Below, piece by piece: positions 1 to 17,224 of a DNA stretch of 64,000 nucleotides; the first letter of the stretch is position 1, and the number at the start of each line of letters is the position of its first letter. Position numbers and translations under genes: made by a program. The stretch is from assembly GCF_009914755.1 (NCBI RefSeq), contig NC_060938.1; one strand, 5' to 3'. The notes beneath the pieces were generated by a model that made no database searches, was not told where the DNA came from, and saw nothing but the letters and a program-made list of their open reading frames with translations. The DNA comes from the human T2T-CHM13v2.0 reference genome, Homo sapiens.

Positions 1-222
1 TCACTTGAGGCCAGGAGTTCAAGACCAGCCTGGGCATCATGGCGAAACCCTGTCTCTACAAAAAATACAAAAATTAGCAGGTATGGTGGCATGCACCTGT
101 AATCCCAGCTACTCAGGAGGCTGAGGCAGGAGAATTGCTTGAACCTGGGAGGCAGAGATTACGGTGAGCTGAGATCACACCATGGCACTCCAGCCTGGGA
201 CTCTGTCTCAAAACAAGAAAAA
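1..222 (+). mobile_element. Alu (cut by window start)
   Basis: Alu left-arm end, A-rich linker, right arm and A tail. Confidence 0.9.
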
Positions 223-1724
223 ACTCTCTGTTTACATATTTATGGTCCATTTTCTCCAGCATATGTTTTTGTGAAGATGCTGTTATCAGGTCCCTGGCCT
301 CCCCTGGGCTGCTCACATCAATCACTAACCCAGCATTACATCAATAAACTCCTGCTGCTCCCACCCTCAGCCTAGATTGCTTGTGGGGGAAGTGGCATTG
401 TCAGAAATCAGCATTTGATATGGCTCTGGAAGATAGCTGCCCGTCTCTTCAAAGGACACCCCTCTTCGGGAACCCCTAAAATAAATTTCCTTTACCTCTT
501 AAGTCAGACAAGCCCAAATATCCTCTTCTAATTTGGTGAAAATCTATCCAGCTGTTTTCATTTGATGTAACAGAGAACAAGCAGAAACTTTGTTTTATCC
601 AAATGGATAATAGTGTCCTGGATTCTGGGACAAACTCTGTGAGAATCAATAATACATGACCCAATACAGTAAAAGTTGCTTCTGTATGTGGTGCTATTTG
701 GAGAGCTAGATTATTATTTCTCCACTGATGACCTGTAGAACAAGGTGTTTGTTAAAATGCAGATCCCTAGGTCCCAACCCAGACCTACTGAATCAGACTT
801 AAAAGTAGAGATGCATTCAAACCAGTGCCACAACCAACACCACTGTGATTCTTATGCAACCTGAAGAAATCTCCAGGCTAGACCGGGACTTCTCAAACTA
901 GATTGCATGCTTCTTGAGAGCATAAATCAGTTCCTAGTTATCCTCACAGGCCCCAATACCCAGCTGAGGTGCTTCATAAGTGTTCACTGATTGAATGCAT
1001 ATTCATTGGTTGTTTATTGTGTATGCATTATAAGTGTCCACAGTCTTTCATGTTAGAATTAGTTCATGTGTAATTAATTTCTTAGGAAGCAGTGTAAACA
1101 CCTGTTATAAAGTGTAAACACGTATAAACTCTTTAAACTGATTTTTAGTTTTGTCCTATTCCCACTGCATGGAGGCAGAATTAAATAAACCAGAAGCATG
1201 ACTACTCCCTGCACAACTCACTGTGTGCACCTGCTCCATCCCAGCCCTAGGCTCACAGATCCTCCAGGCTCTCAGATAATAAAAGCCCTTCGGTCAGTTT
1301 TAGACAAAAATTCTAGTATGGTCAAATAGCCAACCTCCAAACTCTTGATCCAATTAAAGCTTCTCTATTCCCCCAGGAGGGACCTACCAGCTGGGAAACC
1401 TGCTGTTTGGATGGGGGTTGTAGGGGGCATAGTCAATGCTTTCTATGCCTCTTCCCCATGCCCCGTGCTGCCCCTGGCTCCTCCCCAGGCTGAGGGTGTG
1501 GTAGGAGGGGGAAAAGGCAGCGACATGGAGCTATGTCCTGGTGGGACTATCATTTCAGAGTAGCCTTCAGTGCAGCAGATACACAATTACTGGCTCTTCC
1601 TCCTCCCAGGGGACCCTACTTTCCTGCCGTAGTTGCTAGTATAGGCAGGACCTCCTCCAGCTGGCCACCAGTGCCTTCCTTTCTGTTCTAGTTTCCTATT
1701 GTCTGGTTCAAGCAACTATTTTAA

Positions 1725-3499
<1,775 letters not shown>

Positions 3500-6124
3500 A
3501 AAGATAACCTGAGTGCTACTTCCTTCCATGGGTACTCACTGTTCACACCTTACCCCTCCACAAGTGGGAGTACAATTCCTCCCCAATTACCTTTTCACCT
3601 CACTCTGGCAGCTCAAGTCAGAAGGAAACAGGTCACAGTCCCTACATCCCTGACACTGAAGGCTCCCTCACTTGCCTTATGACCCTAGGGGCACACTCTG
3701 TCCCCTCCCCCAGGAAGGCACTCTGATAACTCTCCTGTCAAAAGATTCTCACTGCCCTTTCCCATAACGGATTCTTTACCTCTTCTCCCTCACCTGCAGC
3801 ACATGAGGAGAATGCTGGCAACGCCATTTCCATAATCCCTTAGCAAGTGCTGTGTAGGTGATCCAACATCTCATGAGACAGTAGGGACATTTGTCACCTG
3901 GGGAGACAACTGGAAAGTCACATGTGACATCCTGTTACATTAATCAGACTCTCAGTTACAAGAGAAAAGCCTCACTCTTAATTAGTGACTTCATCTTAAT
4001 TAGTGGAGGTTTAAGATAAGAATACTCACTGAAATCGGAACACTAAAATATTACGGCAGCTCTAAAATACTAGAGCAGCTGTGCCTAGACCACACAATGA
4101 CTAGAAGGCGGTTCAGAGTGTAAAACAGATCTAATGACCAGAAATTTATCACTGCCTCAGCAAAGGAGTTTCTGGACTTCCCTGACATGGGACTGAACTG
4201 TCTGTTTCTGGAGCAATTCTTTTTTTGCTTCCACCCACAGATGCCAACCCCTACTCTAAACTCTGTTCCACGGAACACCTGTGTTGTAAAAGATGTTAAT
4301 AGGTGAGAGTCCTTTGTCCAACAAGACTGGGAAACACTGAGTCAATGTTAGACGATCTTCTTACTGTAGGATTCTCAGTCTTTAATAAGCTAAGGCATTG
4401 TATGACTCTGCAGAAGGGAATATAGATGTGGTGTTTCCCAAATGTGATTACCTAGAAATCTGCATTTCAGGGACACCTGTTTGTTAACCACTGGTGAGAC
4501 AGCCCAGGCTACACTGCTGAGAAATATACGTGCACTTTTTCTACCTCTTGACTTAAGCATACTTGTGGTATGGCATCCGCAGACTGCCCCCTCTCTGTAT
4601 GTATTTTCAGCTCCTGCTCCCACAACCAACTAACTCTCTCTATATCTTGATTCTCTTAAAACAAAGAAATTGCTTGTTCCAGTATGGTCACCATCATAAT
4701 AATTTGGGCAGGTTCTTGGTATCAGGCCATCTTATAAGCCACCAACCAACCTATAGCCTGACTAACTTAAGACTGGATGCCCTCCCCTGACCCAGAGCGG
4801 GGGACAAAGTATGACCCTTCCATCACTAGCAGGAGACTATGAAGTAAACGTAGTCTCTTAGCCCTTTGTGATGGCCAGCACACAGAATGAAAACAAGAAA
4901 CAAAATGAAACAGGTACCAATCTCTATACCCCTGAAACTCTGAAAGCTCTCTCATGTGACTTACAATCCTGGGGGAGTAATTACACTCCCCGAGGAGTAT
5001 AGTTACAATTACAAATGATTACATGTGTAAATGCATGACAAATTACATAAATGTTTTTTCAAGTGATTTGACAGTCCCCCAAGCTAGTGAAATACACTGT
5101 GATCAAAATGAGACTAGGATCCAGATTAATCCTCTTCTCTGAGTTTCTTCACTGAATAGGTGAGTCACAATTTAAGTATGAATAGCAGACACGTCGACTT
5201 CTTCCCTTAACCCACTGTGTATAATAATTCACATATCAAGGCTACATTATATTTCACTGCTTTTGATTGCTATTTATCCATATGCTTCAACTTGGTTTAC
5301 TAATGATAAACCAATAGTAAATGTTTTTTAACTTAAACAATCCGAGGTAAAAGAATAAAGCCTAAAATATTTTATGGACATCTGTTTTTAAAAGTGCTTA
5401 TTTGCAACACTGAATTACAAACAGGCGTAGGTGTGCTTTGGTCTTCCTAGGAGGTGCTTATGCAGCCTTATTCCTGTGACCCAGTTCAGCACTCCCCATC
5501 TTCACCTCAGCAATGACATTCGGCCTCATGTGTGGGAAGGTACTGTTTCATTAACCTAATTCCACAATTGAATCAGAAAAACGCACCTTCAACATTATGA
5601 AAACGTACGTCAGCCAATGTGACTGAAGGTCAATTTAAAAAGCCATGCTCTTCTAGACTGTAGCTGTTAGGGCCATTTCATGAAAAATGGCAAGAGAGGA
5701 GGAGACTCTGCTAGGAGGAAAACCTTGGCATAATGTAAAGATGTTTTTAATGTAAATGAGTAATTGGCTTTTATCCCCACACATTTTATAAGATTGATGA
5801 GTCATTGTTGCCTGGGGAGCCCCAGCTCCCGAATGTCTGGCAACCCTTAACGTGATTGTGCAGCCCAGCACCTAAATGTCAGCCCGCTCTTCGTGTAATT
5901 AGTTGGCCAAGGCCACCCGCATAAATTATTTCCTGAGTTTGGGCCCTACTGGCTGGCCTCACTTGAAGGAGTGCCCAATGGAACAGCCCCATGCAACAGG
6001 ACATGAACCTGGCTGTTGCTCCAGTTTTGATCTGCTGTGACCTTTCAGACAGAGAAGGCAAAATAACTGTTTGGAGGAAACTCAATGAAATTAAAGATAA
6101 CACTGACAAGTAAGTTAGAATTCT

Positions 6125-6463
<339 letters not shown>

Positions 6464-6890
6464 CTAAAAGCAGCAAAAGAAAGAAATAACATACAATGGA
6501 GCTCCAATACATCTGACAGCAGATTTCTCAGTGGAAATCTTACAGGCCAGGAGAGAGTACCATGACTTATTTAAAGTGCTGAAGGAAAAAATTTTTTTAT
6601 CCTAGAATAGTATATCCAGTGAAAATATCCTTCAAACATGAAGGAGAAAGTCAGACTTTCCCAAATAAACAAAAGCTGAGAGATTTTATCAATACCAGTC
6701 CTGTCCTACAAGAAATGCTAAAGAGATTTCTTCAATCTGACAGAAAATAATGTTAATGAGCAATAAGAAATCATCTGAAGGTAGCAAGCCCACTGGTAAC
6801 AGTAAGTATACAGAAAAACACAGAATATTATAACACTGTAATTGTTGTATATAAACTACTCAAATCTTGAGTAGAAAGACTAAAAGATGA

Positions 6891-7016
6891 CTGCATGTAG
6901 GGGGTCACACCTGTAATCCCAGCACTATGGGAGGCAGGAAGATCACTTGAGCTCAGGAGTTCAAGGCCAGCCTGAGCAGCATAGCAAGACCTCATCTCTA
7001 CTAATAATTTAATAAA
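6891..7016 (+). mobile_element. Alu left monomer
   Basis: Left-arm sequence flanked by TSD agaaagactaaaagatga. Confidence 0.8.
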
Positions 7017-7385
7017 AGAAAGACTAAAAGATGAACCAATCAAAAATAATAACTACAACATTTCAAGTCATAGACAGTGCAATAAGATATAAATAGAAGC
7101 AACAAAGTGATTAAAAGCAGGGGGATAAAGTTAAAGTGTAGAGTTTTTATTAATTTTCTCTTTCTTATGCAATCAGTGATATGTTGTTATAATATCTTAC
7201 AATCTTTTAAAATAATAGGTTATAAGATACTATTTCCAAGCCTCTAGATAACCTCAAATCAACAAACATACAATAGATACACAAAAATAAAAAGCAAGAA
7301 ATTAAAACATACCACCAGAGAAAATCACCTTCATTAAAAGGAAGACAGGAAGGCAAGATAGAAGGAAAAGAAAACCACAAAACAG

Positions 7386-7689
7386 GGCTGGGCGCGGTAG
7401 CTCATGCCTGTAATCCCAGCACTTTGGGAGGCTGAGGCGGATCACAAGGTCAGGAGATCGAGATCATCCTGGCTAACACAGTGAAACCCCATCTCTACTA
7501 AAAATACAAAAAATTAGCCAGGCATAGTGGTGGGTGCCTGTAATCCCAGCTACTCAGGAGTCTGAGGCAGGAAAATGGCGTGAATCCAGGAGGTGAAGCT
7601 TGCAGTGAGCCAAGATCACACCACTCCACTCCAGCCTGGGATACAGAGTGAGACTCTGTCTCAAAAAAAAAAAAAAGAAAGAAAGAAAA
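7386..7689 (+). mobile_element. Alu (Y/Sc-like)
   Basis: Full dimer; TSD aaaa(c/t)cacaaaaca. Confidence 0.92.
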
Positions 7690-7883
7690 TCACAAAACAA
7701 CCAGAAAACAAATAATAAAATAGCAGAAGTAAATCCTTACTTATCAGCAATCACACTGAATGTAAATGGACTAAACTCTCCAATCAAAAGACATAGAGGG
7801 GCTGAATGAATTAAAAAAAAAAAAAAAGGACCCAATGATCTGTTGCCTACAAGAAACACACTTTCCCTATAAATATACACATA

Positions 7884-8017
7884 AGCTGGGCACGGTGGCT
7901 CACACCTGTAATCCCAGCACTTTAGGAGGCTGAGGTGGGTGGATCACTTGAGGTCAGGAGTTCAAGACCAGCCTGACCAACATGGCAAAATCCCCTCTCT
8001 TCTAAAAATACAAAAAT
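7884..8017 (+). mobile_element. Alu left arm (split by L1PA)
   Basis: Right arm resumes at 14498; TSD aaatatacacata at 7871-7883 and 14680-14692. Confidence 0.92.
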
Positions 8018-11000
8018 CGAACAACAGTGTGGTTTCGGGTAAGATGGCCAAATAGGAAAAGCTCCAGTCTGCAGCTCCCAGCAAGATCAACACAGAAAGT
8101 GGGTGACTTCTGCATTTCCAACTGAGGTACCTGGCTCATCTCATTGGGACTGGTTAGACAGTGAGTTCAGCCCATGGAGGGTGAGCCAAAGCAGGGTGGG
8201 GCATCGCCTCACCAGGGAAGTGCAAGGGGTCAGGGAACTCCCTCCCCTAGTCAAGGGAAGCCTGGAAAGACTGTGCTGTGAAGGACTGTGCCATGAGGAA
8301 TGGTGCATTCTGGCCAAGATAGTATGCTTTTCCCATGGTCTTTGCAACTCACACACCAGGAGATTCCCTCAGGTGCCTGCAACACCTGGGTTTCAAGCAC
8401 AAAACTGGGCGGCCATTTGGGCAGACACTGACTTAGCTGCAGGAGTTTTTTTTATCATACCAAAGTGGCACCTGGAATGCCAGCATGACAGAACCATTCA
8501 CTCCCCTGGAAAGGGGGCTGGAGCCAGGGAGCCAAGTGGTCTAGCTCAATGGATCCCACCCCCATGGAGCCCAGCAAGCTAAGATCCGCTGGCTTGAAAT
8601 TCTCGCTGCTAGCACAGAAATCTGAAGTCGACCTGGGATGCTTGAGCTTGGTGGGGGTAGGGGCATCCATCACTACTGAGGCTTGAGTAGGCGATTTTAC
8701 CCTCACAGTAGAAACAAAGCCACCAGGAAGTTCAAACTGGGCAGAGCCCACTGCACCTTGGTAAAGCCGCAGTAGCCAGACTTCCTCTCTAGATTCCTCC
8801 TCTCTGGGCAGAGCATCTCTGAAAGAAAGGCAGCAACCCCAGTCAGGGGCTTATAGATAAAACTCCCATGTCCCTGGGACAGAGCACCTGGGGGAAGGGG
8901 CGGCTGTGCACACAGCTTCAGCAGACTTAAACCTTCCTGCCTGCCAGCTCTGAAGAGAACAGTGGATCTTCCAGCACAGCGCGTGAGCTCTGCTAAGGGG
9001 CAGACTGCCTTCTCAAGTGGGTACCCGACCTCTGTGCCTCCTGACTGGGAGACACCTCCCAGCGGGGGTCGATACATCTCATCTGGCAGGCATCTGGAGG
9101 GTACCCCTCTAGGACAAAGCTTCCAGAGGAAAGAATAGGCACCAATCTTTGCTGTTCTGCAGCCTCCGCTGGTGATACCCAGGCAAAAAGGATCTGGGGT
9201 GGACCTCCAGCAAACTCCAGTAGACCTGCAGCAGAGGGCCCTGACTGTTAGAAGGAAAACTAACAAACAGAAAGGAATAGCATCAATGTCAACAGAAAGG
9301 AAGTCCACACAAAAATCCCATCCGAAGGCCACCAACATCAAAGACCAACGGTAGATAAATCCATGAAGATGAGGAAAAACCAGTGCAAAAAGGCTGAAAA
9401 TTCCAAAAACCAGAATGCCTCTTCTGTGATCCTCCAAAGGATCACAACTCCTCGCCAGCAAGGGAACAAAACTGGACGGAGAATGAGTTTGATGAACTGA
9501 CAGAAGTAGGCTTCAAAAGGTGGGTAATAACAAACTCCTCTGAGCTAAAGGAGTATGTTCTAACCCAATGCAAGGAAGCTAAGAACCCTGAAAAAATGTT
9601 AGAGGAATTGGTAACTAGAATACCAGTTTAGAGAAGAAAATAAATGACCTGATGGAGCTGAAAAATACAGCACGAGAACTTCGTGAAGCATACACAAGTA
9701 TCAATAGCTGAAATGATCAAGAGGAAGAAAGGATATCAGAGATTGAAGATCAACTTAATGAAATAAACATGAAGACAAGATTAGAGAAAAAAGAATGAAA
9801 AGGAATGAACAAAGCCTCTAAGAAATATGGGACTATGTGAAAAGACCAAACCTACATTTGATTGGTGTACCTGAAAGTGACGGGGAGAATGGAACCACGT
9901 TGGAAAACACTCTTCAGGATATTATCCAGGAGAACTTCCCCAACCTAGCAAGACAGGCCAACATTCAAATTCAGGAAATACAGAGAACATCACAAAGATA
10001 TCCCTCGAGAAGAGCTACCCCAAGACACATAATCATCAGATTCACCAAGGTTGAAATAAAGGAAAAAATGTTAAGGGCAGCCCAAGAGAAAGGTTGGGTT
10101 ACCCACAAAGGGAAGTCAATCAGACTAACAGTGGATCTCTCTGCAGAAACTCTACAAGCCAGAAGATAGTAGGAGCCAATATTCAACACGCTTAGGGAAA
10201 AGAAGTTTCAATCCAGAATTTAATATCCAGCCAAACTAAGCTTCATAAGTGAAGGAGAAATAAAATCCTTTACAGACAAGCAAATGCTGAGAGATTTTGT
10301 CACCACTAGGCCTGCCTTATGAGAGCTCCTGGAGGAAACACTAAGTATGTAAAGGAAAAACCAGTACCAGCCACTGCAAAAACATACCAAATTATAAAGA
10401 CCAATGACACGATGAAGAAACTGCATCAACTAACTGGCAAAATAACAGCTAGCATCATAACGACAGGATCAAATTCACACATAACAATATTAACCTTAAA
10501 TGTAAATGGGCTAAATGCCCCCGATTAAAAGACACACACTGGCAAATTGGATAAAGAATCAAGACTCATTGGTTTGCTGTATTCAGGAGACCCATCTCAC
10601 ATGCAGAGACACACATAGGCTCAAAATAAAGGGATGGAGGAAGATCTACTAATCAAATGGAAAAAAAAACAGGGGTTGCAATCCTAGTCTCTGATAAAAC
10701 AGATTTTAAACCAGCAAAGATCAAAAAAGACAAAGAAGTGCATTACATAATGGTAAAGGGATCAATGCAACAAGAAGAGCTAACTATCCTAAATATATAT
10801 GCACCCAATACAGGAGCACCCAGATTCATAGAGCAAGCTCTTAGAGATCTACAAAGAGACATAGACCCTCACACAATAATAGTGGCAGACTTTAACACCC
10901 CACTGTCAATATTAGACAGATCAATGAGACAGAAAATTAACTAGGATATTCAGGACTTGAACTCAGCTCTGGACCAAGAAGACCTAATAGACATCTACAG

Positions 11001-14000
11001 AACTCTCCACCCCAAATCAACAGAATATACATTCTTCTCAGCACCACGTCGCACTTATTCTAAAATTGACCACATAATTGGAACTCCTCAGCAAAAGCAA
11101 AAGAACAGAAATCATAACAGACAGTCTCTCAGACCACAATGCAATCAAATTAGAACTCAAGATTAAGAAACTCACTCAAAACCGCACAACCCCATGGAAA
11201 CTGAAAAACCTGCTCCTGAATGACTACTGGGTAAATAATGAAATAAGGGTAGAAATAAATAAGTTCTTTGCAACCAATGAGAACAAAGACACAATGTACC
11301 AGAATCTCTGGGACACAGCTAAAGCAATGTTTAGAGGGAAATTTATAGCACTAAATGCCCACGGGAGAAGTGGGAAAGACCTAAAATCAACACCTTAACA
11401 TCACAATTAAAAGAACTAGAGAACCAAGAGCAAACAAATTCAAAAGCTAGCAGAAGACAAGAAATAACTAAGATCAGAGCAGAACTGATGGAGACAAAGA
11501 CACAAAAATACCCTTCAAAAAATCAATGAATCCAGGAGCTGGTTTTTTGAAAAGATTAACAAAATAGACCACTAGCCAGACTAATAAAGGAGAAAAGACA
11601 GAAGAATCAAATAGATACAATAAAAAATGATACAGGGGATATCACCACTGATCCCACAGAAATACAAACTACCATCAGAGAATACTATAAACACTTTCAC
11701 TCAAATAAACTAGAAAATCTAGGAGAAACAGATAAATTCCTAGACACATACACCCTCCCAAGACTAAACCAGGAAGAAGTCGAATCCCTGAATAGACCAA
11801 TAACAAGTTTTGAAATTGAGGCAGTAATTAATAGCTTACCAACCAAAAAAAGCCCAGGACCAGATGGATTCACAGCCAAATTCTACCAGAGGTACAGAGA
11901 GGAGCAGGTACCATTCCTTCTGAAACTATTCCAAAAATAGAAAAAGAGGGAATCCTCCCTAACTCATTTTATGAGACCAGCATCATCCTGATACCAAAAC
12001 CTGGCAGAGACACAACAAAAAAAGAAAATGTTGGGCCAATATCCCTGATGAACATCGATGCAAAAATCCTCAATAAAATACTGGCAAACCGAATCCAGCA
12101 GCACATCAAAAAGCTTATCCACCATGATCAAGTGTGCTTCATCCCTCGGATGCAAGGCTGGTTCAATATATGCAAATCAATAAACGTAATCCATCATATA
12201 AACAGAACCAATGACAAAAAACACATGATTATCTCGATAAATGCAGAAAAGACCTTCAATAAAATTCAACACAGCTTCATGATAAAAACTGTCAATAAAC
12301 TAAGTAATGATGGAACATATCTCAAAATATTAAGAGATATTTATGGCAAACACACAGCCAATATCATACTGAATGGGCAAAAACCAGAAGCATTCCCTTT
12401 GAAAACTGGCACAAGACAAGGATGCCCTCTCTCACCACTCCTATTCAACATAGTATTGGAAGTTCTGGCCAGGGCAATCAGGCAGGAGAAAGAAATAAAG
12501 GATATTCAAATAGGAAGAGAGGAAGTCAAATTGTCTCTGTTTGCAGATGACATGATTGTATATTTAGAAAACCCCATTGTCCCAGCCCAAAATCTCCTTA
12601 AGCTGATAAGCAACTTCAGCAAAGTCTCAGGATACAAAATCAATGTGCAAAAATCACAAGCATTCTTATACACCAACAGTAGACAGAGAGCCAAATCATG
12701 AGTGAACTCCCATTCACAATTGCTTCAAAGAGAATAAAATACCTAGGAATACAACTTACAAGGGATGTGAAGGACCTCTTTAAGGAGAACTACAAACCAC
12801 TGCTCAAGGAAATAAGAGAGGACACAAACAAATGGAAAAACGTTCCATGCTCATGGATAGGAAGAATCAATATCATGAAAATGGCCATACTGCCCAAAGT
12901 AATTTATAGATTCAGTGCTATCCCCATCAAACTACCATTGACTTTCTTCACAGAATTAGAAAAAAACTACTTTAAATTTTCATATGGAACCAAAAAAAGC
13001 CTGTATAGCCAAGAAAATCCTAAGTAAAAAGAACAAAGCTGGGGGCATCATGCTACCTGACTTCAAACTATACTGCAAGGCTACAGTAACCAAAACAACA
13101 CGGTACTGGTACCAAAACAGATATATAGACCAACGGAACAGAACACAGGCCTCAGAAATAATGTCACACAGCTACAACCATCTGATCTTTGACAAACCTG
13201 ACAAAAACAAGCAATGGGGAAAGGATTCCCTGTTTAACAAATGGTGTTGAGAAAACTGGCTAGCCATATGCAGAAGATTGAAACTGGACCCCTTCCTAAC
13301 ACCTTATACAAAAATTAACTCAAGATGGATTAAAGACTTAAACATAAGACCTAAAATCATAAAAACCCTAAAAGAAATCCTAGGCAATACCATTCAGGAC
13401 GTAGACATGAGCAAAGACTTCATGACTAAAACACCAAAAGCAATGGCAACAAAGGCCAAAGTTGACAAATGGGATCTAATTAATCTAAAGAGCTTCTGCA
13501 CAGCAAAAGAAACTATCATCAGACTGAACAGGCAACCTACAGAATGGGAGAAAATTTTTGCAATCTATCCATCTGACAAAGGGCTAATATCCAGAATCTA
13601 CAAGGAACTTAAACAAATTTACAAGAAAAAAACAACCCCATCAAGAAGTGGGCAAAGGATATGAACAGACACTTCTCAAAAGAAGACATTTATGTGGCCA
13701 ACAAACATACGAAAAAAGGCTCATCATCACTGGTCATTAGAGAAACGCAAACCAAAACCACAATGAGATAGCATCTCATGCCAGTTAGAATGGCGATCAT
13801 TAAAAAGTCAGGAAATAACAGATGCTGGAAAGGATGTGAAGAAATAGGAATGTTTTACACTGTTGGTGGGAGTGTCAATTAGTTCAACCATTGTGGAAGA
13901 CAGTGTGGCGATTCCTCAAGGAGCTAGAACCAGAAATAGCATTTGATCCAGCAATCCCATTACTGGGTATATGCCCAAAGGATTGTAAATCATTCTACTA

Positions 14001-14497
14001 TAAAGACACACGCACATGTATGTTTATTGCAGCACTATTCACAATAGCAAAGACTTGGCACCAACCCAAATGCCTATCAATGATAGACTGAATAAAGAAA
14101 ATGTGGCACATATACACCATAGAATACTATGCAGCCATAAAAAAGGATGAGTTCATGTCCTTTGCACGGACATGGATGAGACTGGAAACCATCATTCTCA
14201 GCAAACTAACACAGGAACAGAAAACCAAACACCACATGTTCTCATTCATAAGTGGGAGTTGAACAATGAGAACACATGGACACAGGGAGGGGGACATCAC
14301 ACACCAGGGCCTGTCGGGGGTGGGGGGCTAGAGGGAGGATAGCATTAGGAGAAATACTTAATGTAGATGATGGCTTGACAGGTGCAGGAAACCACCATGG
14401 CACATGTATACCTATGTAACAAACCTGCACGTTCTCCACATGTATCCCAGAACTTAAAGTATAATAATTAAAAAAAAAAAAGAATAACAACAACAAC
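8018..14497 (+). mobile_element. Full-length decayed L1PA7/8-type LINE-1
   Basis: 5' aagatggcc YY1 motif, long 5' UTR, ORF1 remnants (~9369-10390), ORF2 remnants with endonuclease and RT (LFADDMIVY in ORF 12048-12701), A tail; TSD aaatacaaaaat at 8006-8017 and 14498-14509; ORFs broken by stops and frameshifts. Confidence 0.95.
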
Positions 14498-14680
14498 AAA
14501 TACAAAAATTAGCTGGGCATGGTTGGTGCGCCTGTAGTCCCAGCTACTTGGGATGCTGAGGCAGGAGAATCACTTGAACTTGTAAGGCGGAGGTTGCATT
14601 AACCTGAGATCACACCACTGGAACTCCAGCCTGGGCAACAGAGCAAGACTTCGTCTCAAAAAATAAAAATAAAAAAATAA
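14498..14680 (+). mobile_element. Alu right arm (partner of 7884-8017)
   Basis: Linker, right arm, A tail, TSD. Confidence 0.92.
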
Positions 14681-15557
14681 AATATACACATAGACTGAAA
14701 ATGAAGGGATAGAAGAAGATGTTCCATGCCAATGAAAACCAAAAAAGAGAAGGAATAGCTATATGTATATCACATAAAATAGATTTCAAGAAAAAAAAAA
14801 CTATAGAGGCCAAAAATGTCACTATGTAATTATAAAGTGGTCAATTTAGCACAGGATATAACAATTTTAAATATATATGCACCCAACACTGGAGCATTCA
14901 AATATATAAAGCAAATATTTTTAGAGTTGAAAAGAGAGATAAATCCCAATAAAATAATAGCTAGAGACTTCAAAACCCCACTTTCAGCATTTGGACAGAT
15001 CATCCAACTAGAAAATCAACAAAGAAACCTTGGACTTAACCTGCACTATAGACCGAACGCATGTAACATATCTACAGAACATTTCATCCAGTGGCTACAG
15101 AATACACGTTCTTCTCCTCAGCATATAGATCATTCTCAAGGGTAGACCAAATGTTAGTCCACAAATCAAGCCTTTAAAAATTCAAAAAAATTGACATTAT
15201 ATCAAGTATCTTTTCTGACCACAATGGAATAAAACTAGAAATCAATAACCAGAGGAATTTTGGAAACTGCATGAACACATGGAATTTAAAGAATATGCCC
15301 CTGAATGACTAGCGGGCCAATAAAAAAATTAAGAAGGAAATTTAAAAATTTCTTGAAACAAATGATAATGGAAATACAACATACCAAAACCTATGGGATA
15401 CAGTGAAAGCGGTACTAAGAGGAAAGTTTATAGCTACAAGCACCTACATCAAAAAAGTAGCAAAACTTCAAATAACCTAATGATGCGTCTTCAAGAACTA
15501 GAAGAGTAAGAGCAAACAAAACCCAAAATTAGTAGAAGAAAAGAAATAATATTCGCA

Positions 15558-15818
15558 AGGCACAGGGGCTCATGCCTGTAATCTCAGCATTTTGGGAGGC
15601 TGAGGCAGGAAGATCACTTAGGCCCAGGGGTTCAAGACCAACCTGGGCAACATGGAAAGACCACATCTCTACAAAAAAAAAAAAAAAAAAATTAAATAGC
15701 CAGGCATGGTGGCACATGCCTGTGATCCCAGCTACTCAGGAGGCTGAGCTGGGAGAATCACTTGAGCCTGAGAGGTCAAGACTGCAGTAAGCCATGATTA
15801 TGCCACTGCACTCCAAAA
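15558..15818 (+). mobile_element. AluJ-like, 3'-truncated
   Basis: Diverged dimer ending at cactcc. Confidence 0.85.
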
Positions 15819-16165
15819 GAAATAACAAAGATCAGAGGAGAAATAAATAAAATTGAAACAAAGAAAATAATATAAAAGATCACTGAAATGAAAAGTTGTT
15901 TTTTTGAAAAGATAAACAAAATTGACAGGTTAACTAAGAAAAAGAGACAAGTGCCAAATAAATAAAATTAGAGATGAACAAGGAGACATTACAACAGATA
16001 GTGCAGAAATTCAAAGGATCACTAGAGGCTACTATGAGCAACTATATGCCAATAAATTGGGAAAAGTAGAAGAAATGTATAAATTCCTAGACACATACAA
16101 CCTACCATGATTGAAAAATAAAGAAATCCAAAACCTTGAACAGACCAATAACAAGTAATGAGATC

Positions 16166-16367
<202 letters not shown>

Positions 16368-16576
16368 TAGTAACATGTCTCCCAGCAAAGAAAAGTCCAG
16401 ACCCAATGGCTTCAGTGCTGAATTTTACCAAACATTTAAAGAACTAATATAAATCCTACCTGAACTATTCCAAAAAAAAATAGCAGAGGAGGGAATACTT
16501 CCAAACTCACTTTGTGAGGCAAGTATTATGCTGATATCAAAACCAGACAAAGACATCAAAAAAAAAAGAAATTCTG

Positions 16577-16892
16577 GGGCCAGGCACAGTGGCTCATGCG
16601 TGTACTCCCAGCACTTTGGGAGGCCAAGGCCGGCAGATCACCTGAGGTCGGGATTTTGAGACCAGCCTGACCAACATGGTGAAACCCCATCTCAACCAAA
16701 AGTACAAAAAAAAAATTAGGTGGGTGTGGTGGTACATGCCTGTAATCCCAGCTACTCAGGAGGCTGAGGCAGGAGAATCGCTTGAATCCAGGAGGTGGGA
16801 GTTGAAATGAGCCAAGATCGTGCCACTGCATATCAGCCTGGGTGACACAGCAAGACTCTGTCAAAAAAAAAAAAAAAAAAAAGGAAAAAAAA
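16577..16892 (+). mobile_element. AluS
   Basis: Full dimer. Confidence 0.92.
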
Positions 16893-16914
16893 CCACTAAA
16901 AAAGGAAACTATGG

Positions 16915-17224
<310 letters not shown>

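Noticed and set aside
8703-9461. 252-aa antisense ORF
   Set aside because: Lies antisense in the L1PA 5' UTR and ORF1 start; repeat-derived with no coding evidence.
9369-14260. Active L1 ORF1/ORF2
   Set aside because: Multiple stops and frameshifts; the ORF2 start appears mutated to ACG.
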